This document shows positions 39,675-47,894 of a stretch of DNA of 64,000 bases, piece after piece. Origin of the DNA: a virus; IMG/VR virus record IMGVR_UViG_3300031952_000005, positions 41,465 through 105,464 of that record; one strand, given 5' to 3'. Below the pieces are notes generated by a model that had not been told where the DNA came from, made no database searches, and saw only the letters and a program-made list of their open reading frames with translations. Each line of letters starts with the position of its first letter. Position 1 is the first letter of the stretch. A program made the position numbers and the translations under genes.

Positions 39675-41330
39675 TTAAAAAGTTCTAATAGCACGAACAG
39701 CAGTAAGGTTGGTTTTGCTGTAGTCATTTGTAGAACCATCGCTAAAATCTTGGTACCATACACCATTACTACTATCCTCAGAAGAACTCCAATAGTTAGA
39801 AGTACTAAAACCACCAATAGCAACTCTGTTTATATACAATTGATTTAACTCATCTCTGCTTGGCAAATACCAATCATTATGACCACCTTCAACTAAATCT
39901 TTGCACAATTTAGCAGCAATACCTGGTTCAAAACAAACTGCTACTATATCTTCAGTATTTTGATTACCAGTTCCTATTACCAAACCATCTGAACCTATAA
40001 GTGTACCCTCACATCCCCATTCTACACCTTCTGATATATCTGCAACTGTTGCAATAAGTCCATGTTGTACATTTTCATTATACCCAGTGTCACCATCTTG
40101 CAAAAGATACGCTACTACACCACCATGTGCAAGGTCTCCTATTTCATAGTCTTTTACTAATCTTACTGATTGACCAACAAGTTTACCATTTCCTGTATAT
40201 TGACATTCACTACCATAACTATTTAATGCTCGACCCTCTCCTACTGATGGATCAAGTATTGATTCTGTAGAAGTCCAATAGAAAGCAAAGTCATTAAAAA
40301 GAGTAAAATCAGTTAGTGTTCCTGATCGTAAACCAGTTGGTTGACCTGTAAATCCACTACTATTAGTTGCGCCTGTATTAGGTGTTGTCCAGCAACCATC
40401 ACTTCCTTCTATTGTACCAATTGTTTTCATTTCCCCACCTGCTACACTTGATCCTCCTAGATAATCTATTAACACGGTCCACTCTGCATCAGAAGGAACA
40501 TGATATCCTAATGGAGCAAACTGTTTTCTTAGTAATGGATCAGATAAAGATGCTGCATCATAGATACCAACTACTGCATACCAATTATACAATTTACCAT
40601 GAATAGCTTCGTTTGCAGGATCATTATCAAAATAGCACCATGCACCAGTTGTCAAACCATCCCATAATGTTTGGTCAGTTACTTCTGGTATTGATATACC
40701 ATCTCTATATGTTACATTTACTGCATTACATTCTTTCCAAGTTTGAGTTCCAATCACTACTTCAGTTCCTTCACAATCAGGACAAACAAATGATGGAGTG
40801 GTAACCACACAAGAATCTCCCCAAGGTGTAAATGCTGTAGCAGCTCCTTTAGATCTCACTCTTATTGTATACGCTGTATTATATTGAGCACCTCCTGGAG
40901 TTTTAGTATATAAATCAAAAGTATAAGTACTTTCTGTTGAAACGAACGTTCCAAAATCAGGAATAGTAACCTCAAACTCATAAACTGTTGCACTTGCTAC
41001 TGGAATTGCTTCAACAAGTTCAGTAATGGAAAGTAATGTTTGATTACACTGAGAAGATATAACTTTAGTTAATACAGGTGGTGGTGCAGGAATACATGTT
41101 TCACATAACTTAACTGCCATATTTTGAATTACAGTAGTAAGATTCATATTTTGTGTAATATTTAAACAAGGTATTGCAACACCTGTATAAGTTACACAAG
41201 AACTATCATATAATTCTGTACACGCTGTTCCTACGCACGCAGGAGGTGTAGGTGTAGGTATCGGTGGTGTCGGAGGACAACAATTATTGCAACTACCTCC
41301 TGTATTGCAATTTGGATCTATACATGCCAT
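39675..41330 (-). CDS. Cys-rich fibre protein with FN3-like, Fibrobacter succinogenes major paralogous (FISUMP) and C-terminal C-type-lectin-fold (DUF1566/Lcl-like) domains
   Basis: IGTQTW...GKLYNWYAV...GYHVPSDAEW...GATNSSGF...SVRLVKD, then DWYLPSRDEL...YWSSSE...VRAIRTF. Confidence 0.8.
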   Translation of the reverse strand: MACIDPNCNTGGSCNNCCPPTPPIPTPTPPACVGTACTELYDSSCVTYTGVAIPCLNITQNMNLTTVIQNMAVKLCETCIPAPPPVLTKVISSQCNQTLLSITELVEAIPVASATVYEFEVTIPDFGTFVSTESTYTFDLYTKTPGGAQYNTAYTIRVRSKGAATAFTPWGDSCVVTTPSFVCPDCEGTEVVIGTQTWKECNAVNVTYRDGISIPEVTDQTLWDGLTTGAWCYFDNDPANEAIHGKLYNWYAVVGIYDAASLSDPLLRKQFAPLGYHVPSDAEWTVLIDYLGGSSVAGGEMKTIGTIEGSDGCWTTPNTGATNSSGFTGQPTGLRSGTLTDFTLFNDFAFYWTSTESILDPSVGEGRALNSYGSECQYTGNGKLVGQSVRLVKDYEIGDLAHGGVVAYLLQDGDTGYNENVQHGLIATVADISEGVEWGCEGTLIGSDGLVIGTGNQNTEDIVAVCFEPGIAAKLCKDLVEGGHNDWYLPSRDELNQLYINRVAIGGFSTSNYWSSSEDSSNGVWYQDFSDGSTNDYSKTNLTAVRAIRTF

Positions 41331-41331
41331 A

Positions 41332-41997
41332 TTATGGTATAGGATTAGTTGTTAATATACTATTTAAACTTGAAGATGGTGACTGACCACATTTGTATAT
41401 AGAAGATATGTGAAGTACATATTCTTCATCTTGTACTATATTTGGACTTGTTATATTTAAAGTATTTGGTGTACCATCTACTTCAAGAGTTGATTTTGAA
41501 TAAATAGGATAACTAAAAGTAGTATCTGCAAGTGTGTAAACATTAATACTATATCCTGTAGGAGATTGTATATCAGGAACACTTGATTTACTCCAAGAAA
41601 TATCAGCTGATGTAGTTCCAATTGTATCAACAGTTAAATTTTCTGGAGCTAATAACACACATGCAATAAGACTTCCACTATTTGTGACTTCTATAATCTT
41701 GTTTCTCATGTCTGCTATTGTTACCCATAAATTTGTTATAGAGTCACCTATATTATTTACACTAGTTAACCATCTTGGTAATGCACTCATCGGGGATGAA
41801 GTATTCATTAACTGTGGTAAGTTAGATAAGTTAGGTATCTGTGCAGTTATGCCATTAAATAATGAAGTAGTAGTTCCTATTGCAGATGTTAAATTACAAT
41901 AGTTTCTTTCAAATGTAAAAAATGCATTTTGTATTAGTACTTCTTGTCCAGGTGTACCACTTGATGCACATTGAGATATAATGTAAATATTATCCAT
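41332..41997 (-). CDS. Structural protein with C-terminal FN3-like domain
   Basis: LAPENLTVDTIGTTSADISW...GYSINVY...EEYVLHI. ATG at 41997 avoids a 60-bp overlap with the upstream gene. Confidence 0.6.
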   Translation of the reverse strand: MDNIYIISQCASSGTPGQEVLIQNAFFTFERNYCNLTSAIGTTTSLFNGITAQIPNLSNLPQLMNTSSPMSALPRWLTSVNNIGDSITNLWVTIADMRNKIIEVTNSGSLIACVLLAPENLTVDTIGTTSADISWSKSSVPDIQSPTGYSINVYTLADTTFSYPIYSKSTLEVDGTPNTLNITSPNIVQDEEYVLHISSIYKCGQSPSSSLNSILTTNPIP

Positions 41998-41999
41998 TA

Positions 42000-42224
42000 T
42001 TATAGTGTATTTATTTTTTCTTGAATTGTTGTTAATGAACACGCACTGCTCATTATACATTCACATGCTTCCATTTCAGTTGCACGAATTAATAAATTGC
42101 GCAAGTCATCAGCAAAATCAGCATCAATAACAGTGTTACAGTTTTTAAAACCATACCTCTTTTGCTTGTATTTTGCGTAAACACTTTGAGCGTATACTTG
42201 ATTAATTCTGATTAGTGGAGTCAT
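42000..42224 (-). CDS. Small tail hub-like protein (74 aa)
   Basis: ORF in operon, coupled by ATGA overlap to upstream ORF; function by synteny only. Confidence 0.5.
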   Translation of the reverse strand: MTPLIRINQVYAQSVYAKYKQKRYGFKNCNTVIDADFADDLRNLLIRATEMEACECIMSSACSLTTIQEKINTL

Positions 42225-42388
42225 TTGTTATTATCGTTATTTAATTTTTCAGTAGCAAGTTTTTGCTCATTGGCAAGTTGTTGTTCGTATTGTGCAAGAC
42301 AACTTGCACATACACTTGCACCATTCGATGCATTTCTTTGTTGACATTCACAACTTAAAGAAGTTTTACAATTGTTACATTGAGCCAT
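42221..42388 (-). CDS. Small Cys-rich protein (55 aa), not in ORF track
   Basis: MAQCNNCKTSLSCECQQRNASNGASVCASCLAQ...; TGA overlaps the next ATG. Confidence 0.7.
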   Translation of the reverse strand: MAQCNNCKTSLSCECQQRNASNGASVCASCLAQYEQQLANEQKLATEKLNNDNNK

Positions 42389-42405
42389 ACAATTTTTATT
42401 TAAAA

Positions 42406-42990
42406 TTAAACGTTACATGATACACAGCATCCAGTAAGATATTTAGAAAGTAATGTTTCTGCGTAGTTATACATTTCTATAGCTTGTTTAGGAGAATTAC
42501 AATATTCTGCTTTTGCTTTTGCAGCATCAACATACATTTTAATATATCTTAAATCATGCAATTTTTGATGTTGTTCTGCAGTAGGTTCACACGCTTGTAA
42601 TTGTACTTTGCAAATTTCTCTATAATAAGTATTTACTAAATGTGTTGTTCGTAAATGATAGCATTCTACAAATACTGTTTCATTTGGTGATACACTATAT
42701 TTTATAGTATACAGTCCATCAGGAAATATTCCAATAGGTTGATCATTAGCAGTAATTCCTAAATCAGTAGTAGAAAAGTTTTTTACAAATCCTGGATTTA
42801 ATGTCTTAGGTGGTATTGCTGTTGGATCAGGAATATAGTAAATAGGTAATGCAAAACCAGGTAGATATATATCAAGTCTTGGACAATCAACTGCCAATCC
42901 TGCACCGTATACAGAAGCATCCCATATTCTTATAATATTTTCGCATGCAGTTTCTGGTATATCTAATGCGAGTGTATGTTTAATTGCCAT
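42406..42990 (-). CDS. Tail hub-like structural protein
   Basis: FPDGLYTIKYSV motif and C-terminal helices; synteny. Confidence 0.55.
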   Translation of the reverse strand: MAIKHTLALDIPETACENIIRIWDASVYGAGLAVDCPRLDIYLPGFALPIYYIPDPTAIPPKTLNPGFVKNFSTTDLGITANDQPIGIFPDGLYTIKYSVSPNETVFVECYHLRTTHLVNTYYREICKVQLQACEPTAEQHQKLHDLRYIKMYVDAAKAKAEYCNSPKQAIEMYNYAETLLSKYLTGCCVSCNV

Positions 42991-43016
42991 AAGTGATTCA
43001 GTATTAATATCATTAC

Positions 43017-43032
43017 TACAATATGAATTTAC
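43017..43032 (-). promoter_or_regulatory. Candidate late promoter GTAAATTC-W4-TGTA
   Basis: GTAAATTCATATTGTA just after a terminator, upstream of 42990. Confidence 0.55.
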
Positions 43033-43054
43033 GAAAAATAATTAAATAAAACAA

Positions 43055-43084
43055 AAAGAGGAGACAAATTAATATCTCCTCTTT
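43055..43084 (-). terminator. Intrinsic terminator after the 543-aa gene
   Basis: 10-bp stem AAAGAGGAGA/TCTCCTCTTT followed on the minus strand by TTGTTTTATTT. Confidence 0.75.
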
Positions 43085-43103
43085 AGTGTTTATATACTTA
43101 TGA

Positions 43104-44735
43104 CTACGGTAACAATGTGAATTTTGTATCGTAGTTGTTAGCAGTTTGTAACCATTTAGTTATACCTTCTTCCAAAGCAGTCAAACGACCAGTTGCAGTT
43201 GGTACAAAAATTCTGATTAAGTATTGATCATTATCCATTGTTCCAGAAGGATTACTCTTACGAGGAACACTGTGTAACAAGTTGTAAATAATATATTTAC
43301 TTGCACGAGTTACTTCTGCAAAAGGACTATAATCAAGAACTTCTCTCAAACGAGGATCTTGTTGCCATGGTTCTTGTTGGTATCTTTTAGCAAGAATTAA
43401 TTCTCTAATAAGAGTTTCACCAAATCCTCTACCTTGGATTGCTTGTTGAATTTCAGCAGGATTAAAACATTGTGCTAAACATTGATTTCCTAATGGATCC
43501 ATTGCAGTAACAGAAGCATAAATTTCAATTGGTTGATATTCTACGTGATCTCTAGGAGCAAAAGAACAATCACCAAATACAGTATCTACATAAGCACCTA
43601 CAATTTCTAAGAAAGACTCAACAGTATCAGGAGCACTAGCACCTGTTAGTGGAGTATAAGTAGCAGTTGTAATTGATTCATAAATTTTAGTTACAGTACC
43701 AGCAGTAGTAGTAACATTACTAATTGCAGTACTACCACTTGTAGTTTGAATTGTGTTAGCAGCAACTAATGCGACAGCACCAGCTCCAGTAGCAGCAGTG
43801 TAACTAGCAGCAACATAAGCAATTACAGGAGAAACAGAACTAATAGTTGCAGAAGCAACAGTTTGAGAAATGTTTACAGTAAATGTAGAACCAGTACCCC
43901 CACCACCAGAAACTCTAGATACAATAGTTGTACCAGCAGCAACACCTGTTCCAGTAAGAATTTGTCCTACAGAGAAAATTGTGTTAGTAGCAGTACCTAC
44001 TGTAAATAAATTACCAGCAATACTTGAAGTAGTTGCAGAAGTAGCAGTAGTTGGTGTAAACACAACTCTGTCATTTGCAGCAATACCAGTTCTTTCAGTC
44101 ATTGTTAATGCAGCAGCTGCAGAAGCAGTAGCTGTAGCAGCAACACCAGAAACCAATACACGATTCCATACAGTTCCTTGTACAAAATCTTTTACAGTTG
44201 GATAAAGAGCAAGTCTATCTGCCCATCCTAACAATACAATATTTGGATCCACATTGTTTGAACTTGCGTCACAACATCCTGTGTCAGCATCAAGTGTGTA
44301 GTAAGCATTGTGAGTTAAGAAACGCAATGCAGGAGAACCTTTAAGATCCAATCTTAATCTGTAAGTAGTGTTACAAGTAACAGCACATCCAGCAGTAGCA
44401 GATATTTGTTGAATATCTTGAACAGGATTAGATGGTTCAGATACAGTAAATGAACTGATGTACTTAGGATTAATACCTTTAGATTTTACAGACTCTTTGT
44501 AACCACCATGAAATGGTCCAAGTTTGTCTACAGTGTGAAAACTACCTTGTGCTAAGTATGCAAGTGGAGTCACCGCATAATCAGGAGAAGCAGTTGATAA
44601 TACAACTGACGCGTTGGTCGTTGCACTAATTAATGCAAGTTGACCTGCAGTTAATGCAGAACTTGCTGTACCAGCTGTTGCAACTAAAGAGTTAGCAACT
44701 AGAGCCTTCTGGTAGGCATGTGGAAAATAAGCCAT
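43104..44735 (-). CDS. Abundant structural protein, probable auxiliary capsid protein, with Ala/Thr-rich inserted domain
   Basis: Strong codon bias like the MCP, own terminator, synteny. Confidence 0.55.
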   Translation of the reverse strand: MAYFPHAYQKALVANSLVATAGTASSALTAGQLALISATTNASVVLSTASPDYAVTPLAYLAQGSFHTVDKLGPFHGGYKESVKSKGINPKYISSFTVSEPSNPVQDIQQISATAGCAVTCNTTYRLRLDLKGSPALRFLTHNAYYTLDADTGCCDASSNNVDPNIVLLGWADRLALYPTVKDFVQGTVWNRVLVSGVAATATASAAAALTMTERTGIAANDRVVFTPTTATSATTSSIAGNLFTVGTATNTIFSVGQILTGTGVAAGTTIVSRVSGGGGTGSTFTVNISQTVASATISSVSPVIAYVAASYTAATGAGAVALVAANTIQTTSGSTAISNVTTTAGTVTKIYESITTATYTPLTGASAPDTVESFLEIVGAYVDTVFGDCSFAPRDHVEYQPIEIYASVTAMDPLGNQCLAQCFNPAEIQQAIQGRGFGETLIRELILAKRYQQEPWQQDPRLREVLDYSPFAEVTRASKYIIYNLLHSVPRKSNPSGTMDNDQYLIRIFVPTATGRLTALEEGITKWLQTANNYDTKFTLLP

Positions 44736-44768
44736 TTTATAAAATATTTAAGGTTAATAATACATTTA

Positions 44769-45209
44769 TTATTTAAGGAACAGTAGTTTATATTTAACAC
44801 TGTTCAGTGTACTTTTGATAGTGTCAAGATCATTTATGATTTCACTATATGGCATAATTGCCTGTAATGAAGTAACTTGTTGATATAAATCTCTTATATA
44901 AGATAATGCTTCTTCTACAGAATTCAAAATTCTTGGAGCAGAATCTTCATAATTTAACAATTTTTCACAAGCACCCTGAAATCCTTCTGCTAAATCATCA
45001 GCATGCCCAGGCATTGCATCATATAATTCATTCAATGCTTTGTGAGAAGCAAATGAACCTAATCCAGTTACTTTTAAATGTAACTTGTGAAAACTTGTAC
45101 CAGCATTCATAAGTTCACTTACTAGTGAACCAGTTTTGCTTTCAAGTGATGAACCAGCAGAACTTGTCACACCTGGTTTTTTTAATTTATAATTTCCTGC
45201 AAAATCCAT
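44769..45209 (-). CDS. Ferritin/Dps-like four-helix protein (DUF5856-like)
   Basis: HKLHL...SHKALNELYD...DDLAEGFQG...YKL pattern. Confidence 0.75.
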   Translation of the reverse strand: MDFAGNYKLKKPGVTSSAGSSLESKTGSLVSELMNAGTSFHKLHLKVTGLGSFASHKALNELYDAMPGHADDLAEGFQGACEKLLNYEDSAPRILNSVEEALSYIRDLYQQVTSLQAIMPYSEIINDLDTIKSTLNSVKYKLLFLK

Positions 45210-45213
45210 ATGT

Positions 45214-45924
45214 TTAATTATTTATTGTTGCATTTTGTTTGTTTCTTTGATATTGATTCATTGATTCAATATCACCAGCAAGTATTGAACATGCTTCATC
45301 GATTATTAGTTCAACAATGTCATCTTTAAATTCACAATTGACATTTACAGTAGTAACAACTCCAGTGTTTGGATTTACACAACCTACAAATGCCACATCA
45401 AGTGGTTTTCTAAAATAATACAAAACAGGTCTATCTATTGTAAACTGACCATTTGTGTATATTTTAATTTTATTATTCTGTATAGTGCAAATAGTTTCTC
45501 CCCACTCTACACTAGGACTTCTAAAATTATCAGATAACAAGTTGTCAATATCACCTACTTGAGCAAGATATGTAATCATTGGTCGTGGTGTAGGACAGCA
45601 TGTAGAAATTGAATTTACAGACAGTCTTTTAAAATACAAATAATCAACTGGTAATACTGCAGTTTCATAATACAAAGGAAACGCTGTTGCTGACCATGTA
45701 GTTCCAGTATCTGTTATCATCAATTGAATATCATCAATATTCATCTTGGTAGATTCATCACCTTCCTTAGCTTGGTTGTGTCCATGAATTTGTCTGCGAA
45801 ACCATTCTAGTTGTGCTTTATTAAATGCTTCAGTAACCTGCCAACACTCGATATTATCATAATCGAGTGAAGCAAGTTTGTTCAACCTTTGTTTTATTTT
45901 TATTTGTAATAAACTATTTGTCAT
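45214..45924 (-). CDS. Tail ring / tubular protein
   Basis: LNKLASLDY...FNKAQ...LPVDYLY...YFRKP...ELIIDEAC pattern; synteny. Confidence 0.65.
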   Translation of the reverse strand: MTNSLLQIKIKQRLNKLASLDYDNIECWQVTEAFNKAQLEWFRRQIHGHNQAKEGDESTKMNIDDIQLMITDTGTTWSATAFPLYYETAVLPVDYLYFKRLSVNSISTCCPTPRPMITYLAQVGDIDNLLSDNFRSPSVEWGETICTIQNNKIKIYTNGQFTIDRPVLYYFRKPLDVAFVGCVNPNTGVVTTVNVNCEFKDDIVELIIDEACSILAGDIESMNQYQRNKQNATINN

Positions 45925-45927
45925 TTC

Positions 45928-46170
45928 TTAACATTTCCATTTTTTTAACGCCAATGCTTTTCTTGTTGGTTCTCCATTTGGTTTTTTCATAGGACCAGAT
46001 ACTCCAGACATTCTTGCACAAAAAGATTCTTTTCTAGGACCACCTTCTGGTTGAGGTGCTTTTAAGTTAGAACCAGGATTTGCTTTGTTGTAAGAGTCTC
46101 TTCCTTTCTGATTTAAACCACCAGAAGGAGATTTACCTTCTTTTCTTGTCCATGCAAGTGTCTTTGCCAT
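45928..46170 (-). CDS. Small basic phage protein (DUF6321-like)
   Basis: AWTRKEGKSPSGGLNQKGR...RKESFCARMSG...ALKKWKC. Confidence 0.7.
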   Translation of the reverse strand: MAKTLAWTRKEGKSPSGGLNQKGRDSYNKANPGSNLKAPQPEGGPRKESFCARMSGVSGPMKKPNGEPTRKALALKKWKC

Positions 46171-46171
46171 G

Positions 46172-46318
46172 TTATTTACCTTTAGATTTTATTTTTTTTT
46201 CTTGTTTGATCATCTCAGGTGTAGGTTTCTTACCTGAACCTTTGTTTGCTCTTATGTTATCCCAAAGACCTCTCTGAGAACTAGAACCATCTGCGCGTTT
46301 TATCATTTGCTTTGCCAT
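46172..46318 (-). CDS. Small basic protein (48 aa), not in ORF track
   Basis: MAKQMIKRADGSSSQRGLWDNIRANKGSGKKPTPEMIKQEKKIKSKGK; fills the operon gap. Confidence 0.7.
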   Translation of the reverse strand: MAKQMIKRADGSSSQRGLWDNIRANKGSGKKPTPEMIKQEKKIKSKGK

Positions 46319-46330
46319 GACAGTTACTTA

Positions 46331-46474
46331 TTAACATTTTTTAGTTTTACCACCCATTCTCATTACAGGAGTAGCAAGACTTTTTGTTGCAATGATTGGT
46401 GTTCTTTGTTGTTTACTAATAGGTTTTTTTGCTTCTGCAGCATCTTTGCCTAACTGTTTTTTATTGAATGACAT
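46331..46474 (-). CDS. Small basic protein (47 aa), not in ORF track
   Basis: MSFNKKQLGKDAAEAKKPISKQQRTPIIATKSLATPVMRMGGKTKKC. Confidence 0.65.
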   Translation of the reverse strand: MSFNKKQLGKDAAEAKKPISKQQRTPIIATKSLATPVMRMGGKTKKC

Positions 46475-46493
46475 ATTTATATAATTTAAATTG

Positions 46494-47510
46494 TTACACG
46501 TTCCAATAATGTTCTGTTGTCAATGTGATTTCTGATAAGATCTCATCATTCAATGGGTTCTTTAAGAACATAACAACATCAGATGGATTCTTACCTAAAC
46601 TAGTTCCTGACTTGATATGATAAATAAATCCATCACCTCTTGTAGAAATTAATTTATAAAAGTTTGCATCTTTTACAAGTGCTCTTAATTTTAATGTCTC
46701 CATGTCTAATGTAGCAATATCTAAGAACTTACCTGCAGTTTTACGTTTGTCTTTGTCAACTGTATCACCATTAATATAACTATCCATGTTATCATACATT
46801 ACATCAAGTGGTGTAGATTTTTTATACTGAGTAGAATTAGGATCAACTACTTTACATACATAAAATAATTTGTTACTATTTTTCTCAAATAATTTTTGCA
46901 ATTCAGATAATGCTCTGTTTCTCAGTTTTTTAACTTCAGTTTTAACAGATGCAGTTTCTTCATATTTATCTAAGTAAAACTTAAATGGAACTGATGCACT
47001 TCTTGCAGCTTCTAATGACTTTGCAACTATACTAAATCCACCTGCTTCTATACCACGTAGTTTAATCAAATCATATGGATCACCTACAGGATCTAAATAA
47101 ACAGGTTCATTACCAAATCGCATGGTAATCTTTCCCCAAAAATCATCATTATCTGGTCTAAGTAATTTACACTTGTTCCAAAACTCTACATCATCAACAT
47201 TTAAAACATTTGCTGCCAATTCTCTTTCTAATTGTGCAACAGTTTTTCTAATGTCTTTAATTGCAGCAGCTGCATCATCAGGATTCATAAGTTTTATTTC
47301 AGGTGCAAATTCATTTAAACCTGATACATATCTTCTAATACCATTGTACTCAAGACATGCTAATGATTCTTCATGAAACACTCCTTCAAAGAGTGCCATC
47401 TGATACTTTTCTAATCCCATGTTTGCCATCTCGTTATCAACGTATGGTCTAATTGTCAATGAACTGTTTCTTTTTAACGACTGGTGTTTGTCGATTACTG
47501 TTACTTCCAT
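46494..47510 (-). CDS. Conserved crAss-like protein downstream of MCP (338 aa)
   Basis: Long ORF; DDFW...YLDP..DPYD pattern; synteny. Confidence 0.6.
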   Translation of the reverse strand: MEVTVIDKHQSLKRNSSLTIRPYVDNEMANMGLEKYQMALFEGVFHEESLACLEYNGIRRYVSGLNEFAPEIKLMNPDDAAAAIKDIRKTVAQLERELAANVLNVDDVEFWNKCKLLRPDNDDFWGKITMRFGNEPVYLDPVGDPYDLIKLRGIEAGGFSIVAKSLEAARSASVPFKFYLDKYEETASVKTEVKKLRNRALSELQKLFEKNSNKLFYVCKVVDPNSTQYKKSTPLDVMYDNMDSYINGDTVDKDKRKTAGKFLDIATLDMETLKLRALVKDANFYKLISTRGDGFIYHIKSGTSLGKNPSDVVMFLKNPLNDEILSEITLTTEHYWNV

Positions 47511-47556
47511 GTTTGTTTTTTAATTTAATTGACTGCGTTCTTCTTTCTCTGTTTTT

Positions 47557-47697
47557 TGTAACTACTAGTTTAAAGCTCCTAAACCACGTCAAGGTTGTTA
47601 CATCTTAGGAGTGCCTGTATTGCTACAGGTTGTTGTTGACTAATCAACATCGGGGAGAGAGGTTATCTCTTCAACTTGCCATACTATGTACAAGTTA
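47557..47697 (-). ncRNA. Structured intergenic RNA: four hairpins followed by an HDV-like double-pseudoknot candidate
   Basis: Stems AACUUG/CAAGUU, AGAGA/UCUCU, GUUGA-UUAG-UCAAC, CCUGUA-GCAA-UACAGG, then CUCCUAA/UUAGGAG, UGUAAC/GUUACA and ACC/GGU. Confidence 0.5.
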
Positions 47698-47705
47698 TAG
47701 CAAAT

Positions 47706-47831
47706 CTAACACTTTTTATACTTACTTGGTGAAGCACCTGCAAGTTTTTGTGTTTTTGGACCAGATTGAGGAGAAGTAGGTTTCTTTACTACAATCTTGT
47801 TACTCATTGCTGCTTTATTTTTTCCTGTCAT
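47706..47831 (-). CDS. Small basic protein (41 aa), not in ORF track
   Basis: MTGKNKAAMSNKIVVKKPTSPQSGPKTQKLAGASPSKYKKC. Confidence 0.55.
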   Translation of the reverse strand: MTGKNKAAMSNKIVVKKPTSPQSGPKTQKLAGASPSKYKKC

Positions 47832-47856
47832 GATTTCTTATTATTAGTTGTACTTA

Positions 47857-47879
47857 CCTGGAGATATTACTTCTCCAGG
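47857..47879 (-). promoter_or_regulatory. Stem-loop directly 3' of MCP (mRNA stabiliser or weak terminator)
   Basis: CCTGGAGA-N7-TCTCCAGG with no U-tract. Confidence 0.5.
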
Positions 47880-47894
47880 AGTACATTATTAATA

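Noticed and set aside
41998-42060. Track start at 42060 for the 242-aa ORF (also track starts 37384 and 62366)
   Set aside because: Downstream ATGs (41997, 37360, 62405) avoid overlaps with genes or promoters, or align with the paralog.
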